DNA from: Anaerolineae bacterium | Lineage (GTDB): Bacteria > Chloroflexota > Anaerolineae > 4572-78 > JBHHXL01 | DNA: 59,114 nt | Direction of reading: 5' to 3' | Assembly: GCA_046757065.1 (NCBI GenBank) | Contig: JBHHXL010000002.1 | Span: forward strand, 1-59,114 | Part shown: positions 25,192-33,573 of the stretch, piece by piece | How positions within the stretch are numbered: the first letter of the stretch is position 1 | How the letters are laid out: every line of letters starts with the position of its first letter | Translations under genes and position numbers: made by a program | Notes under the pieces: model-generated | The model's input: the letters and a program-made list of their open reading frames with translations, nothing else | Told to the model about the DNA's origin: nothing | Database searches by the model: none

Positions 25192-27025
25192 TCGAAACAC
25201 GCTCTTACGCATCAATTTGAGCGAGCGAACGGCGACGGCGGAGGATATATCGCCGGGGTTGGCGGCCTATGTCGGCGGTATGGGCATCGGCGTCAAGCTG
25301 CTGCTCGACGAAGTGCCGGCCGGAACCGACGCCCTGGGGGCGGGCAACAAGCTCATCTTCGCCGTGGGCCCGCTTACCGGCACGCACGCGCCGATGTTCC
25401 CGCAAACGTGCATCGTGACCAAGTCGCCCTTAACGGGCACAATCCTGAATGCTTACGCGGGCGGCACGCTGGGGCCGGAGATCAAACAGGCCGGCTACGA
25501 TGCCCTGGTGTTCGAGGGCGCTGCGGCCGAGCCGGTCTTCGTTTTCATCGACGGTAAAGAGGTTTCGTTCCATCCGGCCGCCGATCTGTCTGGTCTGGGG
25601 GCCTCCGAGACGGCCCGCCAGGTGCGGCGCAGGATCGCTTTACCGGAAGCGCGGGTGGTCAGCATCGGCCTGGCCGGGGAGAACCGCGTCCGCTTTGCCT
25701 CGGCCTTGTCCGAGCATCGAGTGTTTGGACGCGGAGGGGCCGGCGCGGTTATGGGGGCCAAGAACCTCAAGGCCATTGCTGTCTACGGCGACCGGCCGGT
25801 CGCGGTGCGCGATGCCGATGCCTTCGATGCCGCCGTCGAGGCGGCGTTGGCCTCGATCCAGGCCGAACTGGAAAATGAGTTCAGCCTGCTCGGTATGTTT
25901 TCGCGTTATGGCACCGGCGCCGGTATGGGGCTGGTCAACGAGCGTCGCATGCTGGCAACGCGTAACCACCGTTTCGGGCACTTCGATCAGGCGCATGAAA
26001 TTGATGCGGCAGCCTTCGAGAAAACCTATCCCACCCGTCCCGTCTCCTGTTTCGGCTGTCCGGTGCACTGCGGGATGCTGCGCCGGGCCACCGACGGACC
26101 GCTGAAAGGTCTGTTTTCGCGCGGGCCGGAATACGAAACCATGTACGCCCTCGGCTCCAACCTGGCGCTCAGCAATCGCGAGGCGCTGTTCCAGGCCAAC
26201 GACCTGTGCGACCAGTACGGGATGGACACCCTGACGACGGGCGCGGTGCTGGGTCTCACCCTGGAGGCGGCCGAGAAGGGGTTGGTCAAGGACGGCCAAG
26301 ACCTGCGTTTTGGGGACCCGGCCTCGATCCTCGGCCTGATTGAGAAGATCGCCCATCGCGATGGGCTGGGCCACATCCTGGCCGAGGGGCCGGCACGCGC
26401 CGCTGTAGAAATCGGCGGGGACGCGCTCGACTTCGCCATGCAGATCAAGAACTCCGGCTATGCCGCCTGGATGCCCCGCCCGATGAAAGGCACCGGGCTG
26501 TCGTTTGCCACCGCCAACCGGGGCGCTTGCCACAAACGCGCGCCCATCGGGGCTGAGATTATGGGATTTGTGGATGGAGCCAGTACGGAGAATAAGGCGG
26601 CGATGGTCAAAGAGATTCAGGACAAGGTCAACGCCTACTTCACCCTGGTTTCGTGTCGCTTTGCCGAGTTTGTGCTGCCGCCCGAAATCTGCGTGCAATT
26701 GCTGGCCGGCGCTACCGGCCTGGCTCTCTCAGAGGCAGAGTTTATGCAATTGGGCGAGCGCATCTGGAACCTGGAGCGCATCTTCAACGTTGCTGAGGGT
26801 TTCAGCCGTAAAGATGACCAGTTCCCGGCGCGCGAGTTTGAACCGGTTGCCGGCGAAGACGCGGATGCGCCGCAACTGACTCGTGCCGAGGCCGATTCTA
26901 TGCTCGACGAGTACTATGCCCTGCGCGGCTGGGACAACGAGGGCGTGCCGACCGCCGCGCGTCTGGCGGAACTTGGCCTGTCAGATTACGCCCAACGGTT
27001 GGAAACGCCTCCCGCCGAAGCATGA
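25178..27025 (+). CDS. Aldehyde:ferredoxin oxidoreductase family (tungstopterin AOR), copy 2
   Basis: 615 aa with the canonical CFGCPVHC (CxxCxxxC) cluster motif. Overlaps the ferredoxin gene by 14 nt. Confidence 0.9.
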   Translation: MFTSSRNTLLRINLSERTATAEDISPGLAAYVGGMGIGVKLLLDEVPAGTDALGAGNKLIFAVGPLTGTHAPMFPQTCIVTKSPLTGTILNAYAGGTLGPEIKQAGYDALVFEGAAAEPVFVFIDGKEVSFHPAADLSGLGASETARQVRRRIALPEARVVSIGLAGENRVRFASALSEHRVFGRGGAGAVMGAKNLKAIAVYGDRPVAVRDADAFDAAVEAALASIQAELENEFSLLGMFSRYGTGAGMGLVNERRMLATRNHRFGHFDQAHEIDAAAFEKTYPTRPVSCFGCPVHCGMLRRATDGPLKGLFSRGPEYETMYALGSNLALSNREALFQANDLCDQYGMDTLTTGAVLGLTLEAAEKGLVKDGQDLRFGDPASILGLIEKIAHRDGLGHILAEGPARAAVEIGGDALDFAMQIKNSGYAAWMPRPMKGTGLSFATANRGACHKRAPIGAEIMGFVDGASTENKAAMVKEIQDKVNAYFTLVSCRFAEFVLPPEICVQLLAGATGLALSEAEFMQLGERIWNLERIFNVAEGFSRKDDQFPAREFEPVAGEDADAPQLTRAEADSMLDEYYALRGWDNEGVPTAARLAELGLSDYAQRLETPPAEA

Positions 27026-27303
27026 AAATCACCGTGCGTTTCGCCGGTTACTACCGCACTCTCGCCGGCCGGCCGTCGCTCGATCTTGAGCTGGCCGAGG
27101 GGGCCACGGTCGAAGACGCATTGGCCAGGCTGAACGAACTGCTCGAAGGGCGCTTTCACGACGTATTTTTTCGTGTAGGGGTCCGGAGTCGATATCCGAC
27201 CTTTTTGATTCTGATCGACACGCAAATTGTCGATCGCGAAACTATGCTTAGGGAGGGCAACGTGATGGCCATTGTCCCGCCGATGGCCGGGGGCCAGCTG
27301 TGA
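27022..27303 (+). CDS. MoaD/ThiS-family beta-grasp sulfur-carrier-like protein
   Basis: 93 aa. MKITVRFAGYYR...VMAIVPPMAGG followed by two extra residues (QL). Overlaps both neighbours by 4 nt. Confidence 0.7.
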   Translation: MKITVRFAGYYRTLAGRPSLDLELAEGATVEDALARLNELLEGRFHDVFFRVGVRSRYPTFLILIDTQIVDRETMLREGNVMAIVPPMAGGQL

Positions 27304-28271
27304 GAAGCCTGAGAGCGGTGCGCGAGATTCACATTGGGCTTGGCGAATCGTGGGCGCTCGCCTCGGCCGTGAGCTATGCGCTGGGCAACGTGCTGACGCG
27401 CGTGGTTTCGGTCGGAGGCGATCCTCTGGCCGGGTCGATCATCCGCACCTTGCCGCTGATGTTTGCCAGCCTGGGGATAATGGCCTGGCGCTACGGCGGC
27501 ATCGCTCGTCTGCTGCCACGGCGCGCAGGCTTTATGGGCTGGCGGGGGCTGGGCGTGCTGGCCTTCGCCGGGTTGGTTAACACGCCGGTGAGCATCGTGG
27601 CGCTTTATCTTGCTTTTCGATACGGCGGCGTCCTTGTCGCCGTTCCGATCTTCTCGATCAACCCCTTGTGGGGCGCGCTGATTGCCGTCCCCTTTCTGGG
27701 GGAGGCGTTTAACAAACTCATCGGCGGTGGCATCGTCGCTACTATGATTGGGATCGCCTTGTTGACCTACGGCCAGCACGTTGGAACGCCGGTCTCACCC
27801 CAATGGCCGCTGGGCGTGGTGTACGCCATGCTCACCTCCCTCAGTTGGGGGTTGGGCGCAAATTTGCGCCGCTATGTGCTCAAAAGAGGGCTGGACGTCT
27901 TTTGGCTGAACGGCATCACCTCAACGGCGGGCATTGTGTTGCTGACGGCGATCCTGGCCGGAATGGGTCGCCTGGACACAGTGTTTGAGTTTTCGTCGAC
28001 CCAAATCTGGCAGTTGTTCTCCGCCGGCGGGTTGAGCGCCATCGGGAACTGGACGCTATCGGCAGCATTCGTATTGACCGTTGTCGCCAGCGTCACGACA
28101 CTCAAGTCGCTCGACATCGTCATTGCCTCGCTGCTGGCGATCTTCTTTCTGGGGGAGGTCTTAAATTTGCCCGTCGGCCTGGGCATCCTGATTATCATCG
28201 CGGGCGTGTTGCTGGTGCAAACCGGTATGGCACGCCCGTCACGAGCGGTTGAAACTGTGTCTGCCAATTAA
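27300..28271 (+). CDS. EamA/DMT-superfamily transporter
   Basis: 323 aa, about 10 hydrophobic helices arranged as two repeated halves. Confidence 0.8.
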   Translation: MRSLRAVREIHIGLGESWALASAVSYALGNVLTRVVSVGGDPLAGSIIRTLPLMFASLGIMAWRYGGIARLLPRRAGFMGWRGLGVLAFAGLVNTPVSIVALYLAFRYGGVLVAVPIFSINPLWGALIAVPFLGEAFNKLIGGGIVATMIGIALLTYGQHVGTPVSPQWPLGVVYAMLTSLSWGLGANLRRYVLKRGLDVFWLNGITSTAGIVLLTAILAGMGRLDTVFEFSSTQIWQLFSAGGLSAIGNWTLSAAFVLTVVASVTTLKSLDIVIASLLAIFFLGEVLNLPVGLGILIIIAGVLLVQTGMARPSRAVETVSAN

Positions 28272-28275
28272 GTTA

Positions 28276-28382
28276 GGCTCTATGAGGAATTGTGTGGTAA
28301 TGTAGGACACGCGAAGCGTGTTAGTTTGTCCCGCACAAGCTAACAGCTTGTGCTACAAAACCCCATAAAAGCTCAAAGAGCC
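28276..28382. repeat. 107-bp structured repeat element, copy 1
   Basis: Matches 58967-59073 at 105 of 107 positions. Ends are GGCTCTATGAG / CTCAAAGAGCC. Internal hairpins are ACACGC-GAA-GCGTGT and GCACAAGCT-AAC-AGCTTGTGC. Flanked on both sides by TTAAGTTAGG. Confidence 0.8.
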
Positions 28383-28390
28383 TTAAGTTA

Positions 28391-28595
28391 GGGGTGCGCG
28401 TAATGCAGAGCTTGTCATTCCGAGCGACCAGCGGGAGCGAGGAATCCATAAAGCGGTGTTGCTATAACTACCTTCTGAGGGATTCTGGCTATGCCTGGCA
28501 TAGCCCTCCGCTGCGCTCCGTTCAGAATGACATGTGGGGCATTGCTCCGCATTCGCGCCAGTTTTTTCGCCACAAAAGGTAATTACGCGCACCCC
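28391..28595. repeat. 205-bp palindromic element with perfect 14-bp terminal inverted repeats
   Basis: GGGGTGCGCGTAAT (28391-28404) pairs with ATTACGCGCACCCC (28582-28595). A nested inverted repeat, GTCATTC...GAATGAC, lies inside. It abuts the truncated enolase-superfamily gene. Confidence 0.7.
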
Positions 28596-28606
28596 TCAAT
28601 ACAATT

Positions 28607-28890
28607 GCGGCGGGTTGACCGCCGTTGGCGTCGCCGCCAATGTGCATCTGAGCGCCGCCGCGCCGACGTTCACGGTGCTTGAATACGACGCCACGCCGGG
28701 GCAGCCCCTGCGTGAAGAGTTGCTGAAAGACGGCTTGTTCTCACCGGACCGGATTAACGGTGGCTGCCTGGCCGTGCCCGAAGGGCCGGGCTTGGGAATC
28801 GAAGTTGATGAGGCGGTGTTGGAGAAGTACCCGTACCGCCAGCGCGGCCTTACCAAAGATTTGCCGGGCTATAGGACGCCTCATTTGTAA
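28607..28890 (+). pseudogene. 3' fragment of a mandelate racemase/muconate-lactonizing (enolase superfamily) gene
   Basis: Only the C-terminal ~94 aa are present (GLTAVGVAANVHLSAAAPTF...GPGLGIEVDEAVLEKYPY). The N-terminal two thirds are missing and are replaced by repeat elements. Confidence 0.6.
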
Positions 28891-28940
28891 ACCCGCGCCC
28901 AAAATTGCCACTTGCTCGAATGTTTGGGGATTAACTTGCA

Positions 28941-29120
28941 GTGAACGATAACACGCGCCTGTTCCTGAACGCCCCCTTCGCCTTTGGCTGGGGTAGCCTG
29001 GCGCACCTCGGTCAATTGGAGGGCAGCCGGGCGGCCATCGTAACCGACGAGGCAATGATGGAGCAACTGGGTTTCCTTCAAGCCTATTACGGCAATTTGC
29101 CGGAGGAGCTGGCCGCATGA
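28941..29120 (+). pseudogene. 59-codon stub resembling the N-terminus of an iron-containing alcohol dehydrogenase
   Basis: GTG-initiated frame VNDNTRLFLNAPFAFGWGSLAHLGQLEGSRAAIVTDEAMMEQLG has the same layout as the N-terminus of the Fe-ADH at 37837. It ends in an ATGA overlap with the kinase start. Confidence 0.35.
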
Positions 29121-30559
29121 GTCGTGATCTATTACTGGGCGTAGATGTCGGGACGACCCAAACGAAGGTCGGCGCGTTCGACTTGGAAGGGCATCTGGTC
29201 GCCTCCGGCCGGGCGGGCTATTCGCTGGTTACGGACGCGGAAACGAACGCCTCCGAGCAAGACCCGGCCGATTGGTGGGAAATTGCGGCGCAGACGATCC
29301 GCACTGTAATCTCTGAAGTTGATCCGGCGCGCCTGCTGGCCGTCTGTGTCGGCGGCCAGGGGCCAACCGTCGTCGCCGTTGACGAGCATCTCAATCCGGT
29401 TTGCCCGGCGATGACCTGGATGGATTTACGCGCCACGCGCGAAGCCGAGACGCTGTTCGAGCGGACGGGGCGCAAATTACCGCCTCATTTCTTCACGCCC
29501 AAGACTATGTGGATAAAAAAGAACCGGCCCGAAGCGTATGCCGCGACGCGTTGGTTCTGCCAATCGTGGGATTTTGTGGCCGCGCAACTCATAGGGGAGC
29601 TTGCTATTTCCGCTGCGCCCGGTATTGCGCCCTGGAGCGACGACCTCATCGCCGCTGCTGAACTCGACGCGGAAAAGTTCCCGCCCCAGCGACCAATGGG
29701 TGCAGCCCTGGGTGAGATTACGGCGGAGGCGGCGCGGGCGACCGGCCTGCCGGAGGGCCTACCGGTGGTTGGCGGCATCTCCGACTTCTTCGAAGGTCTC
29801 ATCGGCAGCGGCGCGCTCAGCCCGGGGATGGCCTGTGACAACGGCGGCACTTCGCAGTTAATTAGTATTTGCTGGGAGAAACCCCTTGAGGGCCAGGGTT
29901 TGTTGAACGTGCCTTCCTTTATTGAGGGCATCTGGCACGTCGGCGGCCCGGCCTCGACGACGGGCAAGGCGCTCGACTGGTGGCTCGCCTCCATTCTGGA
30001 ATGTGACCCGGATGATTATACGGCGTTGGATCCCATTCCGGCGCTTGCTCCCGGCAGCGAGCGCCTGGTCTTCCTGCCCTACCTGGCCGGCGAACGCGCG
30101 CCCATCTGGGACCCGCAGGCGCGGGGGGTGTTCTTTGGTCTGTCCCTCAATCACCGCCGCGAGCATCTCACCCGCGCCGTCATGGAAGCGGTAGCCTACA
30201 CCCTCTGCCATGTAATCGAACGTTTCGAGGCGGCCGGAGGCAAAGTGCTTGAAATCCGCGCTTGTGGCGGTCAGGCGCGGAGTGAGGCCTGGTGCCGGAT
30301 CAAGGCCGATGCGACCGGCCGGAGAGTGATCGTACCTGAATTTACCGACGCACCGATGCTTGGGGCTGCCATTATTGCCGGGGTGGGGGCGGGTGCGTTC
30401 GACGACTTTGCCGCCGGCGCGCGAGAGATGGCGCGCCCGCGCACCGTCGTCGAGCCGGACGAGGCGCGCCACGCGCGCTATGCCGCTCTCTTCGATATTT
30501 ACCGCGACCTTTATACGCAAGTGCGCCCATTATACGAACGCCTGGGCAAGATTAGTTGA
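29117..30559 (+). CDS. FGGY-family carbohydrate kinase (xylulokinase-like)
   Basis: 480 aa with N-terminus LLGVDVGTTQTKV, followed by C-terminal FGGY domain patterns. Confidence 0.9.
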   Translation: MSRDLLLGVDVGTTQTKVGAFDLEGHLVASGRAGYSLVTDAETNASEQDPADWWEIAAQTIRTVISEVDPARLLAVCVGGQGPTVVAVDEHLNPVCPAMTWMDLRATREAETLFERTGRKLPPHFFTPKTMWIKKNRPEAYAATRWFCQSWDFVAAQLIGELAISAAPGIAPWSDDLIAAAELDAEKFPPQRPMGAALGEITAEAARATGLPEGLPVVGGISDFFEGLIGSGALSPGMACDNGGTSQLISICWEKPLEGQGLLNVPSFIEGIWHVGGPASTTGKALDWWLASILECDPDDYTALDPIPALAPGSERLVFLPYLAGERAPIWDPQARGVFFGLSLNHRREHLTRAVMEAVAYTLCHVIERFEAAGGKVLEIRACGGQARSEAWCRIKADATGRRVIVPEFTDAPMLGAAIIAGVGAGAFDDFAAGAREMARPRTVVEPDEARHARYAALFDIYRDLYTQVRPLYERLGKIS

Positions 30560-30572
30560 GGGAATTATGTTT

Positions 30573-30625
30573 GGAGTGCAGAGCTTGCTCTGCAGATAAG
30601 TTTGGCAAAGCAAGCTTTGCACTCC
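30573..30625 (+). terminator. 17-bp-stem hairpin after the kinase gene (no T-tract)
   Basis: GGAGTGCAGAGCTTGCT pairs with AGCAAGCTTTGCACTCC with one mismatch. Confidence 0.3.
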
Positions 30626-30652
30626 GGCCCCTATTTTATACGAGGAGCATTG

Positions 30653-31435
30653 ATGAATACCCGTAGCGATCACCACCCTGTCATTGAGCTTCAGGGTGTA
30701 TCAAAACAGTTCGGTTCCGGTTCTAAGATCGTGGAAGCCTTAGAAGACGTGAACTTGTCAGTGGAAGCCGGTGAATTCATCTCACTCATCGGGCCTTCGG
30801 GCTGCGGCAAATCCACCTTGCTGCGCGTTCTGGGAGATTTAATCGAGCCGACGGCAGGTACGGTGCGTATCAAGGGCAAGACGGCGCAGCAAGCTCGCGC
30901 CGACCGTGATTATGGTATGGTCTTTCAGTCGCCGATTTTATACGAATGGCGGGACGTCCGGCGCAACGTCGAATTGCCTCTGGAGGTGATGGGTTACTCC
31001 CACTCAGAGTGGCAAGAGCGGGTCGACTCGATGCTCGAACTGGTCGGCCTGGAAAAATTCGACAAGAGCCATCCCTGGCAGCTTTCGGGCGGTATGCAGC
31101 AGCGCGTGGCCATTGCCCGCGCCCTGGCCTTTCAGCCGTCCATACTTCTGATGGACGAGCCCTTCGGCGCGCTCGACGAGATGACGCGCGAGTACCTGAA
31201 CCTTGAGCTGTTGAACATCTTCACCCGCACCGATGTGACCATCATATTTGTAACTCATAGTATTCCAGAGGCCGTCTTTCTCTCGACCCGCGTCGTCGTC
31301 ATGAGCGCCCGGCCGGGTACGATCAAACAGATCGTGCCGATTGATCTGCCCCAGCCGCGTTCGTTCGACACCCGCGAGACCCCGCGCTATTTTGAACTCG
31401 TTACCAAAGTGCGCGAGGCTTTGAGAGTTACCTGA
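30653..31435 (+). CDS. ABC transporter ATP-binding protein (NitT/TauT family)
   Basis: GAGGAG RBS. Walker [10 protein letters not shown], signature LSGGMQQR, Walker B LLMDEPF. Confidence 0.9.
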   Translation: MNTRSDHHPVIELQGVSKQFGSGSKIVEALEDVNLSVEAGEFISLIGPSGCGKSTLLRVLGDLIEPTAGTVRIKGKTAQQARADRDYGMVFQSPILYEWRDVRRNVELPLEVMGYSHSEWQERVDSMLELVGLEKFDKSHPWQLSGGMQQRVAIARALAFQPSILLMDEPFGALDEMTREYLNLELLNIFTRTDVTIIFVTHSIPEAVFLSTRVVVMSARPGTIKQIVPIDLPQPRSFDTRETPRYFELVTKVREALRVT

Positions 31436-31457
31436 CCGGCTTTCTTCCTCGCTTTTG

Positions 31458-31519
31458 TTGACAGCCCGGTTATCCCATGTTACTATACCGGTGCATACAG
31501 TCGACTGTCGACAATCGAC
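31458..31519 (+). promoter_or_regulatory. Internal promoter P5(+) with operator O4
   Basis: TTGACA 31458-31463, 17-nt spacer, TACTAT 31481-31486, then GTCGACTGTCGACAATCGAC at 31500-31519, matching the 20-bp palindrome core at 19 of 20 positions. AAGGAGG RBS, then the ATG at 31548. Confidence 0.65.
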
Positions 31520-31547
31520 CGAAATCAAGGAGGGTATTCAGGTTATT

Positions 31548-32414
31548 ATGGGGAGAACGCAATCCCCCTGGCAGGATCGAGCACTTTTGACCCCCTTTCG
31601 GGAATTGGGGGGAGCATTTCTTGCAAGCCGTTTGGGTAAGCTGGCGCGCCAACGGTCTGAATATCTCCTGGTGCCCGTTTTTCTATTGCTTATCTTTGGC
31701 GTCTGGCAGATCATCATCAAGTTGGGCGATATGCCTCCCTACATCTTGCCTGCGCCCACATCGGTTTGGCGGAAACTGCTAACCGTTTTGGAAAACGGCG
31801 ACTTGTGGCGGCACACCAGAATCACGCTCCTGGAGTCTTTTTACGGCTTTATTAGCGCCCTGGTATTCGCCGCCGTTGTGGGCTACATTCTGGCCAAGTC
31901 ACCCTGGTTGGAAAAACTGGTCTCCCCTTACCTGGTAGCCGCCCAGACCGTACCCCTCATTGCCCTTGCGCCGTTGCTGGTGGTCTGGCTCGGCTTTGGC
32001 ATCGCCTCCAAGGTGTTCATTGCCTTTGTCATCGTCTTCTTCCCGATGCTGATCAACACTATTGTCGGCATCCGCCTGGTGAACGAGGAGCAGCGGGAGC
32101 TGATGCGCTCGTACTCGGCTTCTCACTGGCACGTTTTTTCGAAGCTGGAGCTGCCCTCGGCCCTGCCCTTGCTTTTGGGCGGCCTCAAAATAGGGATCAC
32201 CCTGGCCTTAACCGGAGCTATGGTCGGAGAGTACGTGGGCTCCAGTTATGGGTTGGGCTTTATGATCTTGCACTCCAAGCAGAAATTTGATACCGCTGAG
32301 GTGTTTGTCACCATCTTTGCCCTGGTGATTATCAACGTCGTCCTGTATGCCGCCGTGTCGGCTCTTGAAAGCGTCTTGCTCTCCGGAAGAAGGCGTGAAG
32401 AAAGCACGCTGTAG
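31548..32414 (+). CDS. ABC transporter permease (NitT/TauT family), copy A
   Basis: 288 aa from the ATG at 31548, about 6 TM helices. Paralogous to 32612-33478, sharing LINTIVGIRLVNEEQRELMRSYSAS. Confidence 0.85.
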   Translation: MGRTQSPWQDRALLTPFRELGGAFLASRLGKLARQRSEYLLVPVFLLLIFGVWQIIIKLGDMPPYILPAPTSVWRKLLTVLENGDLWRHTRITLLESFYGFISALVFAAVVGYILAKSPWLEKLVSPYLVAAQTVPLIALAPLLVVWLGFGIASKVFIAFVIVFFPMLINTIVGIRLVNEEQRELMRSYSASHWHVFSKLELPSALPLLLGGLKIGITLALTGAMVGEYVGSSYGLGFMILHSKQKFDTAEVFVTIFALVIINVVLYAAVSALESVLLSGRRREESTL

Positions 32415-32468
32415 GTGCTTTATCCCTGTATTTATACCTGGCGCGGCCACAAAGTAACATTTTGTTTT

Positions 32469-32543
32469 GGAGATTAGAGATTAGAGATTAGAGATTGGAG
32501 ATTGCCTTCATTAAATAATCTCCTAATCTTCCTATCTCCAATC
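32469..32543. repeat. Heptamer-built long hairpin (GAGATTA x3 / AATCTCC)
   Basis: GGAGATTAGAGATTAGAGATTAGAGATTGGAGATT, a loop, then AATCTCCTAATCTTCCTATCTCCAATC. Lies between the two permease genes. Confidence 0.65.
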
Positions 32544-32611
32544 GCCTGATAAAAATGTTCGTTTATGCCCGTTGGCAGTACAGAAACAGGACTGGAATTC
32601 AGGAATGATTT

Positions 32612-33478
32612 ATGGACGCTGAACGCGCTTCCCCAAGACTGGAAATACTCTCCCCAGAGTCCCTCGAGGCCAGGGAAGAGAGGTGGCAGTATCGCGTGGG
32701 GGCGATGGTCCGGCAACGGTTTGAATACCTGCTCATCCCGGTTTCCCTGCTGCTTTTTGTCGGCGCCTGGCAGCTTGTCGTCAACACGGAACGGTTTCCC
32801 GCATACGTTCTGCCCAGCCCGGACGCCGTCTGGAAAATGTTTCTGGAGGCCGTGGACGGGGGCGTTTTATGGTTCCACACTCGCTATACGCTGGCTGAAG
32901 CCCTGGCGGGGTTTGCTTTGGGCTTCGTTTTTGCCACCGTCCTCGGATACATCCTGGGCAAGTCGCCGGCTCTGGAAAAAGTGACCTCCCCCTACCTGGT
33001 AGCCGGCAAGTCGATCCCCATTTTAGGCGTCGCCCCCTTGATCATCATCTGGTTTGGCCAGGGCATCCTGTCCAAGGCGCTCATCGCCTTCATGATCATC
33101 TTCTTCCCCATGCTGGTCAACACCATTGTCGGCATCCGGCTGGTGAACCCGGAGCAGCGCGAGCTGATGCGCTCCTATTCGGCCTCGGCCTGGCAAATCT
33201 TTGCCAAGCTGGAGGTGCCGGCCGCGCTGCCCATTTTGTTAGGAGGCATCCGGGTCGGGCTGGCCCGCTCGATGATGGGCGCTATTGTGGGCGAATATCT
33301 CGGCGGCAAGCGGGGATTGGGGTTCCTGGTAAATATGGGTGCGGGGGGTGGAGCGCCGAACGCCAGCCTGGTTTTCGTTGGCATCTTTGCTATTATCGTC
33401 ATCACGCTCATACTTTACGGCTCGGCAGCTACATTGGAGAGCGCATTGCTGGCGGGGAGGCGGCGTAAGGCCGAGTAG
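32612..33478 (+). CDS. ABC transporter permease (NitT/TauT family), copy B
   Basis: 288 aa. Paralogue of copy A. Confidence 0.85.
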   Translation: MDAERASPRLEILSPESLEAREERWQYRVGAMVRQRFEYLLIPVSLLLFVGAWQLVVNTERFPAYVLPSPDAVWKMFLEAVDGGVLWFHTRYTLAEALAGFALGFVFATVLGYILGKSPALEKVTSPYLVAGKSIPILGVAPLIIIWFGQGILSKALIAFMIIFFPMLVNTIVGIRLVNPEQRELMRSYSASAWQIFAKLEVPAALPILLGGIRVGLARSMMGAIVGEYLGGKRGLGFLVNMGAGGGAPNASLVFVGIFAIIVITLILYGSAATLESALLAGRRRKAE

Positions 33479-33573
33479 ACCCTTGGAAAGGAGGTGAAGC
33501 TTTCGACCAACTTCAAGCAACGGTAACGGTTTAGAATTTAGGTTTAACATCCAATGTATGAGGAGGAGACACA

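Noticed and set aside
32469-32543. CRISPR array, considered also for the other tandem or palindromic repeats.
   Set aside because: The repeat units are 7 nt with no unique spacers of 25-40 nt, and there are no cas genes.
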